From the IMG/VR virus record IMGVR_UViG_3300030061_001171: a DNA stretch of 64,000 nucleotides; one strand, written 5' to 3'. Below the pieces are notes generated by a model. It saw only the letters and a program-made list of their open reading frames with translations, had not been told where the DNA came from and searched no databases. Position numbers and translations under genes: made by a program. Source of the stretch: an uncultured virus (IMG/VR IMGVR_UViG_3300030061_001171) (lineage: Duplodnaviria; Heunggongvirae; Uroviricota; Caudoviricetes). Shown here piece after piece: positions 53,601-63,400 of the stretch (position 1 is the stretch's first letter; each line of letters begins with the position of its first letter).

Positions 53601-55234
53601 TTATTTCTAATAGTAGTCCTAATCTTACAACTCATGAAGACGGATTAGGTAAAATTCTTTTTGTTGAGAACGCATATGCTGATGCGCTGCCGGGATTCTA
53701 CAGAGTACAGTCTTCTGAGAATAAACCTTTCTTACAAAGAGTCAGAACTCCTCAACCTTTTAGTAAATTTGATGAAAACAGAATGCCACACCGACTTAAT
53801 TTTACTGCTCCAAGTGAAAGTAATCCTATTGGTGGGTGGGCATTTTCTTCTGTAGATTGGGACTTACGAACAACGGGTACTGATGAAACTAACCCCGGTC
53901 CTAAGCTGTTTGAAGAGGGTAAACAATCTGAGATTAAAGCATTGGGTTACTTTAGAAACCGAATGTGGATGGCAGGAGAAGACAAGGTATTTAGTTCTTC
54001 ATTAAATAATATTACTAACTTCTTCTTAGAAGATGCCTCGTCTATCAATGACGAAGATCCTATCGATGTTACTTGCTCATACAACAAGTATACAGAAGTA
54101 ACTAACTTAACTCCGTTTGAAAACAACTTGTTTGTTAACACGGCATCTGATGTTCAGTTTACTATCTCTGGGTCGGATAATCTTATTTCGCCGTTTACAG
54201 CCGAAGTGTCTCCCACTTCTTTCTATTCTACGGCACCTTTGATTAAACCCATTCTATTAGGATCACAGATTTATTTCTTTGACAAAAAGAGATTATATAT
54301 CTACTTTAACGATAAAACAGTTTCTATTAATAATGCAGTAGAGGTTAGCTATCACATTCCTGATTACTTACCTTCTGAGTATGGTGCTACATCTGTAGTC
54401 CCATCTTATGATACGCTGATGTTTGTAAACAAGGCAAACAAAAAAGAAATTTTCTGTTACACTAATAGGTATTCAGGAGAACAGGTAATTCAAAATGCGT
54501 TCTTTAAGTATGTCGTTGATAGAGATGTATTGAGTTTAAACAGCTACGATGCTAATATGTATTACGTAACAGAAACATTTAATGGTTCTAGAGCGGCTCA
54601 CCATATTCAGAAACAGAAGTTCCAAGAAAAAGATTACTCAATTCCTTTAATCGATAATAGATTTTCTTCTCTTACCTCATCTACTTACAACGAACAAAAC
54701 GATGAAACCGAGTTTGTATTTGCTGGCTACTTTAATGACAGCATTGATACAGTAGTAGTCAATGGTGAGTCTTTAGAAATCCAAAGCTACAAATCTGGGT
54801 CTAAGAATACTACGTTATCTGTTCAGGGTAAGTACATTAATCCTGCTACTATTTTTGTAGGAACTAAATACGAAACAATTATTCAGTTGTCTCCTATTTT
54901 TTATAGAGACGAAGGACAGAATGTTGTTGACGGTGTGTTGTCTTTAAGGACTATGCACCTTAGGCACCATAACACAGGTAATTACGATATACAAATTAAC
55001 AACCGAAATAGGATTACTACGCCTATTCGGTTTTCAGCTAAAGAAATTTCTAGTAGGAATGATTTGACTCCTCTAAATAATTTTGTTGTAAACGGTGAAA
55101 CAGTTTCTAAGATATTTGGCTTTGGGGATGAAGTTAAAATTAGTATCTTATCTGATTATATATCCCCAATGAATATTACAAACATAGAATTAAAAGGACG
55201 GTTTAACGCTACCTATAGCTCTTGGGTTCGTTAA
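50624..55234 (+). CDS. Tail tubular protein B (T7 gp12-like), enlarged to 1536 aa
   Basis: IPTLSGGVGRQ...IEKRSG N-terminus, W..RTTGTDETNPGP, FRNRMW, DPIDV, EQVIQNAF; large repeat insert. Confidence 0.92.
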   Translation: MPPYDRRARQRGFNTRIAIPTLSGGVGRQAPSKRLISESQEIQNALPTLEKSIEKRSGLEQLVCKKDGILKPEGGLGLPGPQGASSTITIGAAPLTAASTSMTFVDKGALAVNASVKLTSTDGTEKSYISSNDKNNGSLTEATASFTFTNNLPFSPSTITLISSDSTSKTYESTSGTTGDLIGSNVGFNYGQSGDFFSETLTASYFQEAVYSANGHNANASNTMKFSAALADDSEITLTSTDGTTFTFIARSVGTGFVGDKIIFNSNINTRTQANNLASAINTNMAGKITASDGGGGRINFVQDVDGVGSTSRLIINRGMVNGLEELPKNRFGKLHITLSGPGNTVVNIEQCVGGSTGETTISVAKAWDQYITDTPSSFTDSLNGVYYGVNIDGDEVASNFKQAIESVNGHTSSKFTVITSDSTVTITQATTGSAGNTVVTANSTFNTTISVSQVKNFTDGNDLNGVFNSKSLTLEDSNGTKQIFKFFNTIEKSKSKSTTVGTKDLTTVDDIITQLAETITNNQLAMDATYDSTTSELKLTMASPGGNGIRVVTNDTTLFNATQFRSGLLGRKYFFYWFSISDDLRYLVVIDYSAASTEKLFYIYRLDTKTGLVEDQTPETQDIDSTVYEYLTFGNETYEADEALDAVTIGTNIFFVNKFVKAGFSSNKEGYKFNLAGEVTEEIDYAGKEIVYRTSSVVDPDGTALIYVPNKAYVGGTEVYNQYGVWKALTDIRSESTAQFADDDDGETVIAADPGPPNYATSQFGPTDAALNEIYNVWYPFTPVVGPINPTTPTDPPNLPFAEDGKGRIRVNTFITNNTGNDLYAETVWTEAMTPSELVDPDANAPATAERKWKSAVVNANGIVETEGDTVYDANHSRKVKDKGAGDSSPAEVDEYISLWQFVREVKQIPVEDNRYVDRTKQYLGQAYSDFSNVKLPPHPTDPTDIVDIALDANIPDGIPNYDNGQGNLVGEAAIAMGLLYEGKDIGDYDDVISNSSPNLTTHEDGLGKILFVENAYADALPGFYRVQSSENKPFLQRVRTPQPFSKFDENRMPHRLNFTAPSESNPIGGWAFSSVDWDLRTTGTDETNPGPKLFEEGKQSEIKALGYFRNRMWMAGEDKVFSSSLNNITNFFLEDASSINDEDPIDVTCSYNKYTEVTNLTPFENNLFVNTASDVQFTISGSDNLISPFTAEVSPTSFYSTAPLIKPILLGSQIYFFDKKRLYIYFNDKTVSINNAVEVSYHIPDYLPSEYGATSVVPSYDTLMFVNKANKKEIFCYTNRYSGEQVIQNAFFKYVVDRDVLSLNSYDANMYYVTETFNGSRAAHHIQKQKFQEKDYSIPLIDNRFSSLTSSTYNEQNDETEFVFAGYFNDSIDTVVVNGESLEIQSYKSGSKNTTLSVQGKYINPATIFVGTKYETIIQLSPIFYRDEGQNVVDGVLSLRTMHLRHHNTGNYDIQINNRNRITTPIRFSAKEISSRNDLTPLNNFVVNGETVSKIFGFGDEVKISILSDYISPMNITNIELKGRFNATYSSWVR

Positions 55235-55244
55235 CTGTTCTCCG

Positions 55245-55274
55245 GGTCGGTGTGGCTTTAGGGCCACATCGGCC
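55245..55274 (+). terminator. Intergenic hairpin (terminator or processing site)
   Basis: GGTCGGTGTGGC-TTTAGG-GCCACATCGGCC followed by TTATT. Confidence 0.5.
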
Positions 55275-55292
55275 TTATTAAGGAGATTAGAA

Positions 55293-57461
55293 ATGGCATT
55301 TGAGAATATTAAATTTAGGCAATGTTCCTATAACTACAACAATCCATCTGATAATGCAGATGATTCAACTTTTGTTGTACAAGAAAGCAAAGACATTGGA
55401 AATACAGGCGGTGCAGAAGATTGTATTCGTTTAGATTTAAGTAAGTTAAGCACTAAGTTTAACGAAGATGTAAGCATCACTCAGCAGATTGAAATTTTCT
55501 TTCAGCCTGAATTTATGCTTGATGGAACTGAAATCTTGGCTACTTTCCCTGTAGACCAGCGTCAGGGATTATTTAGATTGCCTCAGAAAAAAACTGATGG
55601 TTCTATAATTTACATTGGAGAGCGGTCGCCTAATAACGCTACTCAATATGCTTATATCTCTATTGCTAAAGTGACTGGTTTAATTAAAACCACAAAGCCA
55701 GACGGATCTCCGCTGTTTGGGTATAGTAGTACTGACGGTAGTACTCAAGAAACTATATTAACGTTTCCTGCCCCAACCACTACTTCAGAATACACAATTA
55801 AAAGATTAACACATTCTTTTTCTGACTTTGTTGTGTATCAGCCGGGAGCGCAATTAACTTCTAACGTACTCAATTTCCAAAAAGAGCAAGAAATGTTCTT
55901 AATTCAAGAACTACTTTGGACTATTGAAATGGACATGGTTACTTTCTCCGACCTGTCCGGTAAAGGGCAGATTGTAACTACCGGGGCTGACGGTTTTATT
56001 GACGTTAATCTTATTAACATGAGTATCTTTGATCTTAATGATGTATATACTCCAGATCAATCTGAAAGTGTTTTATATTGCCAAACCGCAAATGCTAAAA
56101 GATTTATATTTCAATCAGTAGGAGATTTATTAAATTTAAAGCAAATTAAAGACGTAAATTATTCGGGTACTCCTACTACTAACCATGTGTTAACATGGAC
56201 TGGATCTGTATGGGAACCGGCTTCTGTTGACGCTGCTTCTGAAACATGTCAGACAAAATTAGTATCAACTATGTTTTTCTGTAGTAGTCCCGATAATTCT
56301 GCTGTAGAAATTACAGATATCTTTACGGTTAGTGATTCTTTTGATCCAATAGCAACAAAATTAATGACCCCCTCAGGTATTCTTTCTGTTCCTTTAGGGA
56401 AATTAAAAGATGTCGATGAAACAGATATTAGTAACGGTGACTTGCTTCAATACGATGATTCTGGCTCATCGCCGGTATACAAGCCTGTCGATCCAACAAC
56501 TTTAGGTGTTCCGGGCGCACCGGGAGGAAGCGCGTTTAAATTTACATTTAATTCTACAGATCCTCTTAATTCTCCTTCTTCTGGTGAATTAGGATTTCAA
56601 GGAAGCTCCTTTGCTGCTATAACAAGAATCGATTTTGATCAACTTGATGCAGATGGAGTAGATGTTCATCCTTGGGCTAATTCATTTAATCCTTTAAATA
56701 CTGATGACGTAGCAACAAATGATTTAATTAAAGTGTATAAAAGTGGATCTCCTGAAAACTTTGTGTTAGCTAAAATTACTTCTACTGCTCAGTCTGGTGA
56801 TAATAACCGTCTTTTTGTTACTGTTATTTCTAGCAGCGGTGCTTTCTTTTCAAATAGTGACACTGTATATCTTTCTCATATTCCTTCTGGATTAGTAGGT
56901 CTCGACGGCGATGACGGCCTGCCCGGAACAGAAGGATCGAAGGGGGATCCCGGTCAACCCGGTGCTGCTTTTACTTCTGTAGATGTAGAATTTGCCAATG
57001 CTAATCAAGATTTAAAATTTACTTTTACTTACCCTGCTGGATCTGTTGGCCCTGATGGTGATCTTGACGAAGAAGTAATTGCTACCTTAGAAGATTGGGC
57101 CGGTACAGCTACGCATGTTTGGTATTATGTTGATAGCGCAGATGTAGATGTTACTGCTTATGGTAAGTATACTTATACGTTATCAACTGACGGTTCTGGA
57201 ACAGGCGCAATAAGTGCTATTAACAACATGGAACTTGCAAATGAAGGTACAACAGAAGGTGCTAATAGAACTTTCCAAGGAATTACATATTCTAGTCCTA
57301 TTAGTTTTAGCGGTATGAGTAATGAAAGAGTTTATGGTGTGGGTACTAAAGATAATGATTTATATAAGTTATTACCTATTGCCGTAGGTACAAAAGTATT
57401 AGTAACTAATAGTGAGTTTAGTATTCAAAATGTTATTGAACTTATTGAATGCGCTAGCTGA
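55293..57461 (+). CDS. Tail fibre protein (T7 gp17-like anchor)
   Basis: IKRLT...VYQPGAQLTSNVLN..EQ..FLIQE resembles gp17 N-terminal domain; L.DV repeats; collagen-like Gly-X-Y run near 56890-56965. Confidence 0.8.
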   Translation: MAFENIKFRQCSYNYNNPSDNADDSTFVVQESKDIGNTGGAEDCIRLDLSKLSTKFNEDVSITQQIEIFFQPEFMLDGTEILATFPVDQRQGLFRLPQKKTDGSIIYIGERSPNNATQYAYISIAKVTGLIKTTKPDGSPLFGYSSTDGSTQETILTFPAPTTTSEYTIKRLTHSFSDFVVYQPGAQLTSNVLNFQKEQEMFLIQELLWTIEMDMVTFSDLSGKGQIVTTGADGFIDVNLINMSIFDLNDVYTPDQSESVLYCQTANAKRFIFQSVGDLLNLKQIKDVNYSGTPTTNHVLTWTGSVWEPASVDAASETCQTKLVSTMFFCSSPDNSAVEITDIFTVSDSFDPIATKLMTPSGILSVPLGKLKDVDETDISNGDLLQYDDSGSSPVYKPVDPTTLGVPGAPGGSAFKFTFNSTDPLNSPSSGELGFQGSSFAAITRIDFDQLDADGVDVHPWANSFNPLNTDDVATNDLIKVYKSGSPENFVLAKITSTAQSGDNNRLFVTVISSSGAFFSNSDTVYLSHIPSGLVGLDGDDGLPGTEGSKGDPGQPGAAFTSVDVEFANANQDLKFTFTYPAGSVGPDGDLDEEVIATLEDWAGTATHVWYYVDSADVDVTAYGKYTYTLSTDGSGTGAISAINNMELANEGTTEGANRTFQGITYSSPISFSGMSNERVYGVGTKDNDLYKLLPIAVGTKVLVTNSEFSIQNVIELIECAS

Positions 57462-57472
57462 TAGGAGAACAA

Positions 57473-60400
57473 ATGAGTATACCACCAGTTTTTAATTCAG
57501 GCGATTGCGGTTGCGCTGAAGGTCCATTTAATGTGTCCTGCAATCCTGTAGGTCGATGTTGTTTTGGTAATCAAAAAGCCGGAGGAGGCGGAGGAGATGA
57601 TGAAGGAGGGAATTGTCCTACTGAACCTACATCATCATTAAATTTATACAATTGGCCTAAAAGTTCTTTTCCTCATCCGCATTGGAGTATTGATAGCACC
57701 TATTGGATAGGTTGTTTTCCGTTTCAAATTCCTAAAACTGCCCTAGAAGACTACATTTTGTGGGTAGATCCTAGTGCTGATGTTCCTAACCCTAATTGTC
57801 CAGAATCTGAACACAATAGATTTAACGGTGATCCTGACGGAACATACAAATACAATACTTTCCAAACTTCCTATAATCAGTTCTGTGATACGTACGGAGG
57901 TTTTTTAAATGGAGATCGTTTAGGTAGGTACGAGTATAATGCCATTAGCTGCCCTGAGGACGGTAACGGAGATCCAATTGATAATTCAGATAATTTTGCA
58001 TTTAATCCTGGGTTTTTCTTTAGACATGTCGGCCAGCCGAATTTTGAGGGTATTATACTTTCCGATCCTAACATGTATATTGCTTATAAAGATATTTCTT
58101 CTTTACAAGAAGATACAAGCGTTTTATTAAGTCTAAAAAGTAACGGTACTAAAGCCCTTGTTTTAAAAATTAGACTTATAGATCAACAAAATTTAAAAGA
58201 CCAGTACGGACAAAATATACAGTTTGTTGGTCCTGATGGAAGTACGTCAGCCCCTCGAATTAAAGTTGATGGGGCATTAGTAGAATTAGATGATACGGAT
58301 AATTATGTTGGTAAAGTATTGACTTATAGATTTCCTTTAGAAAAAGGATCAATTTCAGGGGAAGGCGAAGAAGTAGGAAGCGAACTGGGACTTCTTGAAG
58401 ATATGTGGGTATCGCAACAGGTTTCAAACGGTAGTTTAAGAGGGCCGATAAATAAACATCTTTCTGGTTGTTCAGATCCTTTTCCTAAATTTGGGTGGAA
58501 GTATACTCCTTATAGTGATTGCGAAGGAACTGACCCAATTTTAAACTGGTCTGAAGTAAACGAAAATGAAAATATTTGGGGAGTTCGTTTTGAATACTGG
58601 TGGTATTTTGAAGGAACCTTAACGCCGGGAGGAAGTACAGCTAGTTGTCCCGGTTTTAACTCTCAAACTACATATTCAAGGGATAGCTCACAAGGAAGTG
58701 GTGAAGACCCTTTTTGTATTACAGTGAGACAAGTTCTTACTCCAGAACAAATTCAAAACATTATAGATGCTTCTAATCCCAGCAACCCCACTCCGATTTG
58801 TAACAACCCTTCATGTAATGGCACACCTTTAATAGATTTATTAGACTCATGTGCTTGTACAGTTTTTTGCGAAGACTGCAAAAGTTCTTTTATTGGTTGC
58901 GGCGGCGGAGATGAAGAAGACTATCCCTCAAATCAGTTTTGCGCTTGTTGTAAAGGTGTTGGAGGACAGTATGAAGGTATTACATGCGGTGATTGCGCTG
59001 TTTGTGGTCAATGGTATCCTTGCGGGTCTTGCCCCCCAAATCCTGAGGGAGTATCATGCCCTAATAATTGTGAAGATTGTCCCACTGATTTTAATTCTGA
59101 AGTATTATTAACTACTTACGAAGAGTGCATGAAGAAAAAAACCGAAGAAGGATATCGCTCTATATGCTTTAGACCTATTTTTAGAGACGAGTTTGGTAAT
59201 GACTCAGATCTGCTACCTTGTCCTGAATGTCCAAATGCTGCTATTGTTGATCAGTGTGGTTGTCACTCCGCTAATCAAGACTGTCAAGCGTTAGTAGAAA
59301 CATGTAGTAACGGAGATTGTATTTCTGTTATTCCTGACGATTGTACTAAAGGATCAGTAAAAACTTTTCAATTTGCTGTAGCAAATGTAGGGGGGTTTGA
59401 GACTGACGGTACTATTAAACTTAAAATGACAGCCCCTTATAAGGACCAAATTGTATACGATTACTGCGGACGAAGAAATTCTGATATGGCTAATAATATC
59501 GAAGGAAGAATTGCTTTTGATATTATGCCTCAGTATTATGCGGATGAGAATTTAATTGAGCTTGGAAGCCCACGCCTTTATTTTGATCAAACGGTAACGC
59601 CCGATGCGGCTACCGGGTCGGTAGGTAGAAGGTGTCTTCCTAAGAGTCAATTTAACACTAACAACATATTAAGACGAGGCACAGGAGATTTATTTAACGA
59701 AGTAATCTCAGCTAAAATGTTACAGTTCTGTCGAACAAATGGCGGGGGATTTTGCGCTAATTGTGATAACGAGGATGTAGAGTATCAACCCCCTGTTTTG
59801 ATGAAGGGTATGTTTACTAAATATGAATTGAACAATTCTTCAGCTTTATTTAAAAGAGATAAACAAGTAAATAGACTTATTGCTTTTTCTGTTGTAGACA
59901 ATGAGATTACAAGTTCATCTAGTATTAACAGTAATTCTAGTTTTTTTGACACAGACGGTACAGAATATAATTCTTCTGTTTTAGATACAGATTTTAATCA
60001 AACTGAAATTGCTCAATCAATGGTTGACGATACCGAGTTAAATAAAATTAAAGCCGACTTTACGTCATTAGATACCATTTGGCATATGGCAACCTACTGT
60101 AAAACATCCTTACAAGCAAACTCTGTTTTTAGAGATAACGATGCTTATAGGTTTTTATCGTACTCTACTGAGTCAAGCGATGGTTGGTGGCATGGCGGTG
60201 GTGATGAGACTTTACCAGACAGGAAAACAACTTATTTAAGAATTTGGTCTACACAAGTTAGATCGGTTTACAAAAGTTGTTTTGACTTTAGTACAGACGA
60301 TTGCCAAGAAAACTACGAAGATGCTACTGCTGGTTGTTACTTTAGGTTAGACCACGAATACGTCAAAGACTCGCAGTCTGAAAGAGGTATTACTAAATCT

Positions 60401-63400
60401 AATTTTACAACTCCTGTAGTAGGTAGTGATGGCGTTTCAAGGAATTACAACAGCGATAGTGTTGTATATAAACGAACAGGGGCTAACTGCGAAGATACTA
60501 ATACTTGTATTTTTTGTAACCCTTGGATCAGTAAATGGAACGTCGGGGAAAAAGGATGTTATAGTTATGTAGACGCAAGCGGTAATTTTGTCGCTGAAAC
60601 TGAAGGTGCTATGCTTATTCCAATGAGACCCCATGAATACCAAATTGAATTTTGGTATGCGTCTAAGTCAGGTACTCTTTGTACTACTCTCGATGAGAGT
60701 GGCCAAGAAGTAATCCTTCCGGATTACCCTAGTAATTTTCATTTAGTTGGTGTAGTTCAGTCGTGTCCTGACTGTTTAGAATTGTATGATAATACGCTTC
60801 GTGAATCAGTTCAGGATTTAGTAAACAACGAAAATGAACAAGAAGGTGTTATGAATCCTTATTTTGATACTTGCGGTTCATTCTTTTGGCAAGGCGAAAA
60901 AAGAAATACTACGTTAAGATCTTATTATATTACAAATAACCCTTCAACTTGGTCCGATATTAATCTTCCTGAAACTAATATCCCTCTTCCAAATGTAGAT
61001 TTTAGTGACGATTTCACCGTAACAATAGCGTTGTACCCTTTTACAGGAACTGCTCAATCTTCTTATGTTGATCCTAACGAAGAAGCTAACAGTATTCCTA
61101 CTATGCAAGCTGTTACTCCTACAACATGGAACGAAGATCAATGGTATCATGTTGATCCCAAACATAATTTTGATTTTGTTGCTAGAGGTATGCCTCAAGC
61201 TATGGGCAGGTGGACTGAGTTACCATTTAAAAATTACGCTAACGAGTATTTAGATCCTAACGAAACTCAATTAGGTTTTTATTTAACTATTTCTGCGGCC
61301 CATATGTCAGGAATTAACTTTGTTAATATGTATTTAGATGGTGCTTCTGTAGATTCTGTTGGACATGTTACTTTAACTGAAGAATATAAACACCCTAAAG
61401 AAGAATGCGTAGCAAAAGTTGATAGAGACGATAACGGTAATTTAATAAACGCTTTAGAAGAATATACCGCTCGAATTGAAACTAACAACTTAACTACAGG
61501 TGTTCACGAAGTTAGAGCTAAGATTTCTCCTAACCAAGGAGTAAGTAGATTATTGTACGGAGAACCTCCTACGGGTAACGCAGAAGTTTTAGTTAAAGGT
61601 GAAACTCTTGGAGGAAGAGTTGAAGGAGAATATAAAAACTGGGGTCCAATTAGCGGGAAAAATTTCCCTTTAAGTAAGGCACAGTGGTCTTCTGAAGTTC
61701 CCGATGGGCCACCTCTTTTAAACGATAGTATTAAAACTAGGATTAATAAACACCCTGCTATTGGATCTACCTATAAATGGAATTTAAGTAGTAGTGGTTT
61801 TAAATATGTAAACGCTAGTTCTAACACTCTATACCACAGCCCTAACAAATATGTTTTTGGTGCCACTAGCCAGCAGAATATTTTATTTAATGGCTATGAA
61901 TCTTTCTGGTTTAATTATAATCCTGCTCCTACTCAGGTTGTAGTGGGAGATGCCGCAGATGTGTCTGCGGGTGATGCAGACGTTACGACTATTGCTGCTG
62001 CATTTGCTCTGTTAGATACCGGAAGCGTTGAGTCGGCTCGTCATGACGCTGAGATTATTCTCTTGCCCGGTACTACTGCAACTCCTAGAAAGTATCACTG
62101 GCCCAACTCTATCGATTCTGAGACTCTGACATTTACGGCTGCTGCTAGTTGGTGTCAAAATGCTCTACAGAAAAAGAGTTTAGTTATTAAATCAAAAAAC
62201 CCAGATAGTAAGAGTAAGACTATTCTGTGGTTCCCTCCCGGTCCTGATAGGGTTGAGATGGCGTGGGATGACTTTGCCTTACACGTTAAGGATCTTACTG
62301 TCTATACGTCCCTGACTGGCTCCTCTGTGACCCAGTGCCTGAAGTCTACTGGATCTAACTGTAGGCTTCTGGTGGAGAACGTAGACTTTGAGTCGGTCTG
62401 TGTGACCGCCATCAAGGCATCTACCTTAGTAGACGGATCTGGGGATATCATCTGTGGTGATAGCCTTACCAGAGACAGTAGCGGTACTGTCAGTGGTCAG
62501 ATTCAGTATAATAAGTGTAGAAAGATCAGAGACGGAGAAGATAACTATCAGTGTTCTTCTGATACCACTATCTGTGGTGTTAACTGCTGTGGTATCTTAG
62601 CTAATGGATCCGGATGCGCTGACTGTACTGGATCCTCTTGTCAGTACTGTAGGGCTAATTGTAAGTGTCGTATGAGTGAGGTCCAATGGTGGCCTTTCTT
62701 CTCGTCAGATACTGTAGACCTTTCTACTACGGGTACTAACTTGACTGCTGAGATTGATTGTGGTGCTGATTATCCATGTACTGCTAGTGCCTTAAGTGCC
62801 TGTAAGGGTATCTTTGGCTCTGACTTAGTGCATACTAGCCCCTCCTACTGTCTTGGTACTGAGAAGGGCGAGTGTGTTATCCTCGGTCTCTATAACCACG
62901 ATTTAATGGAATTAGCTGATAACGACTCATGGACTATGGGTATCTACGCTAAGTCTATTAACTCCAAGGCTGTACCCGGTCCTGTCGTAAAGAATCCCGT
63001 TATGGTTAAACACTTTACTGTGGATAACATGACCGATACTCTTATCTGCGACGAAGGCCATAGTCTTATTATGGACCTCTGGGTTAAGAACATTGATAAC
63101 TACAGTGATCCCGATAAGCAGGATACCGATATCGTTAAGTGGTCTTTAGATGACTTTGAGACTAAGTATGGTGTTAAAGTTGCAGATGATTATTCTACCT
63201 CAATCGGTAGTCCTAACCCAAGGGCTGTGTATAATTTTAATTCCTTTATTGAGAACAGAATGATGATTAACATTAAGGTTGATAACTGTCATTCTAGAAT
63301 TATTAATATGCCCGGTCCCTCTTTAACGGTAAGGGATCTTATGAGTTCTTACAATGGTCATGTTAACAATGTTGCCGGTAACCCAAACAACTTTGGTTGT

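Noticed and set aside
1375..61488. All minus-strand and nested alternative-frame ORFs in the track
   Set aside because: Short, lie within well-supported + strand genes, and show no recognisable motifs
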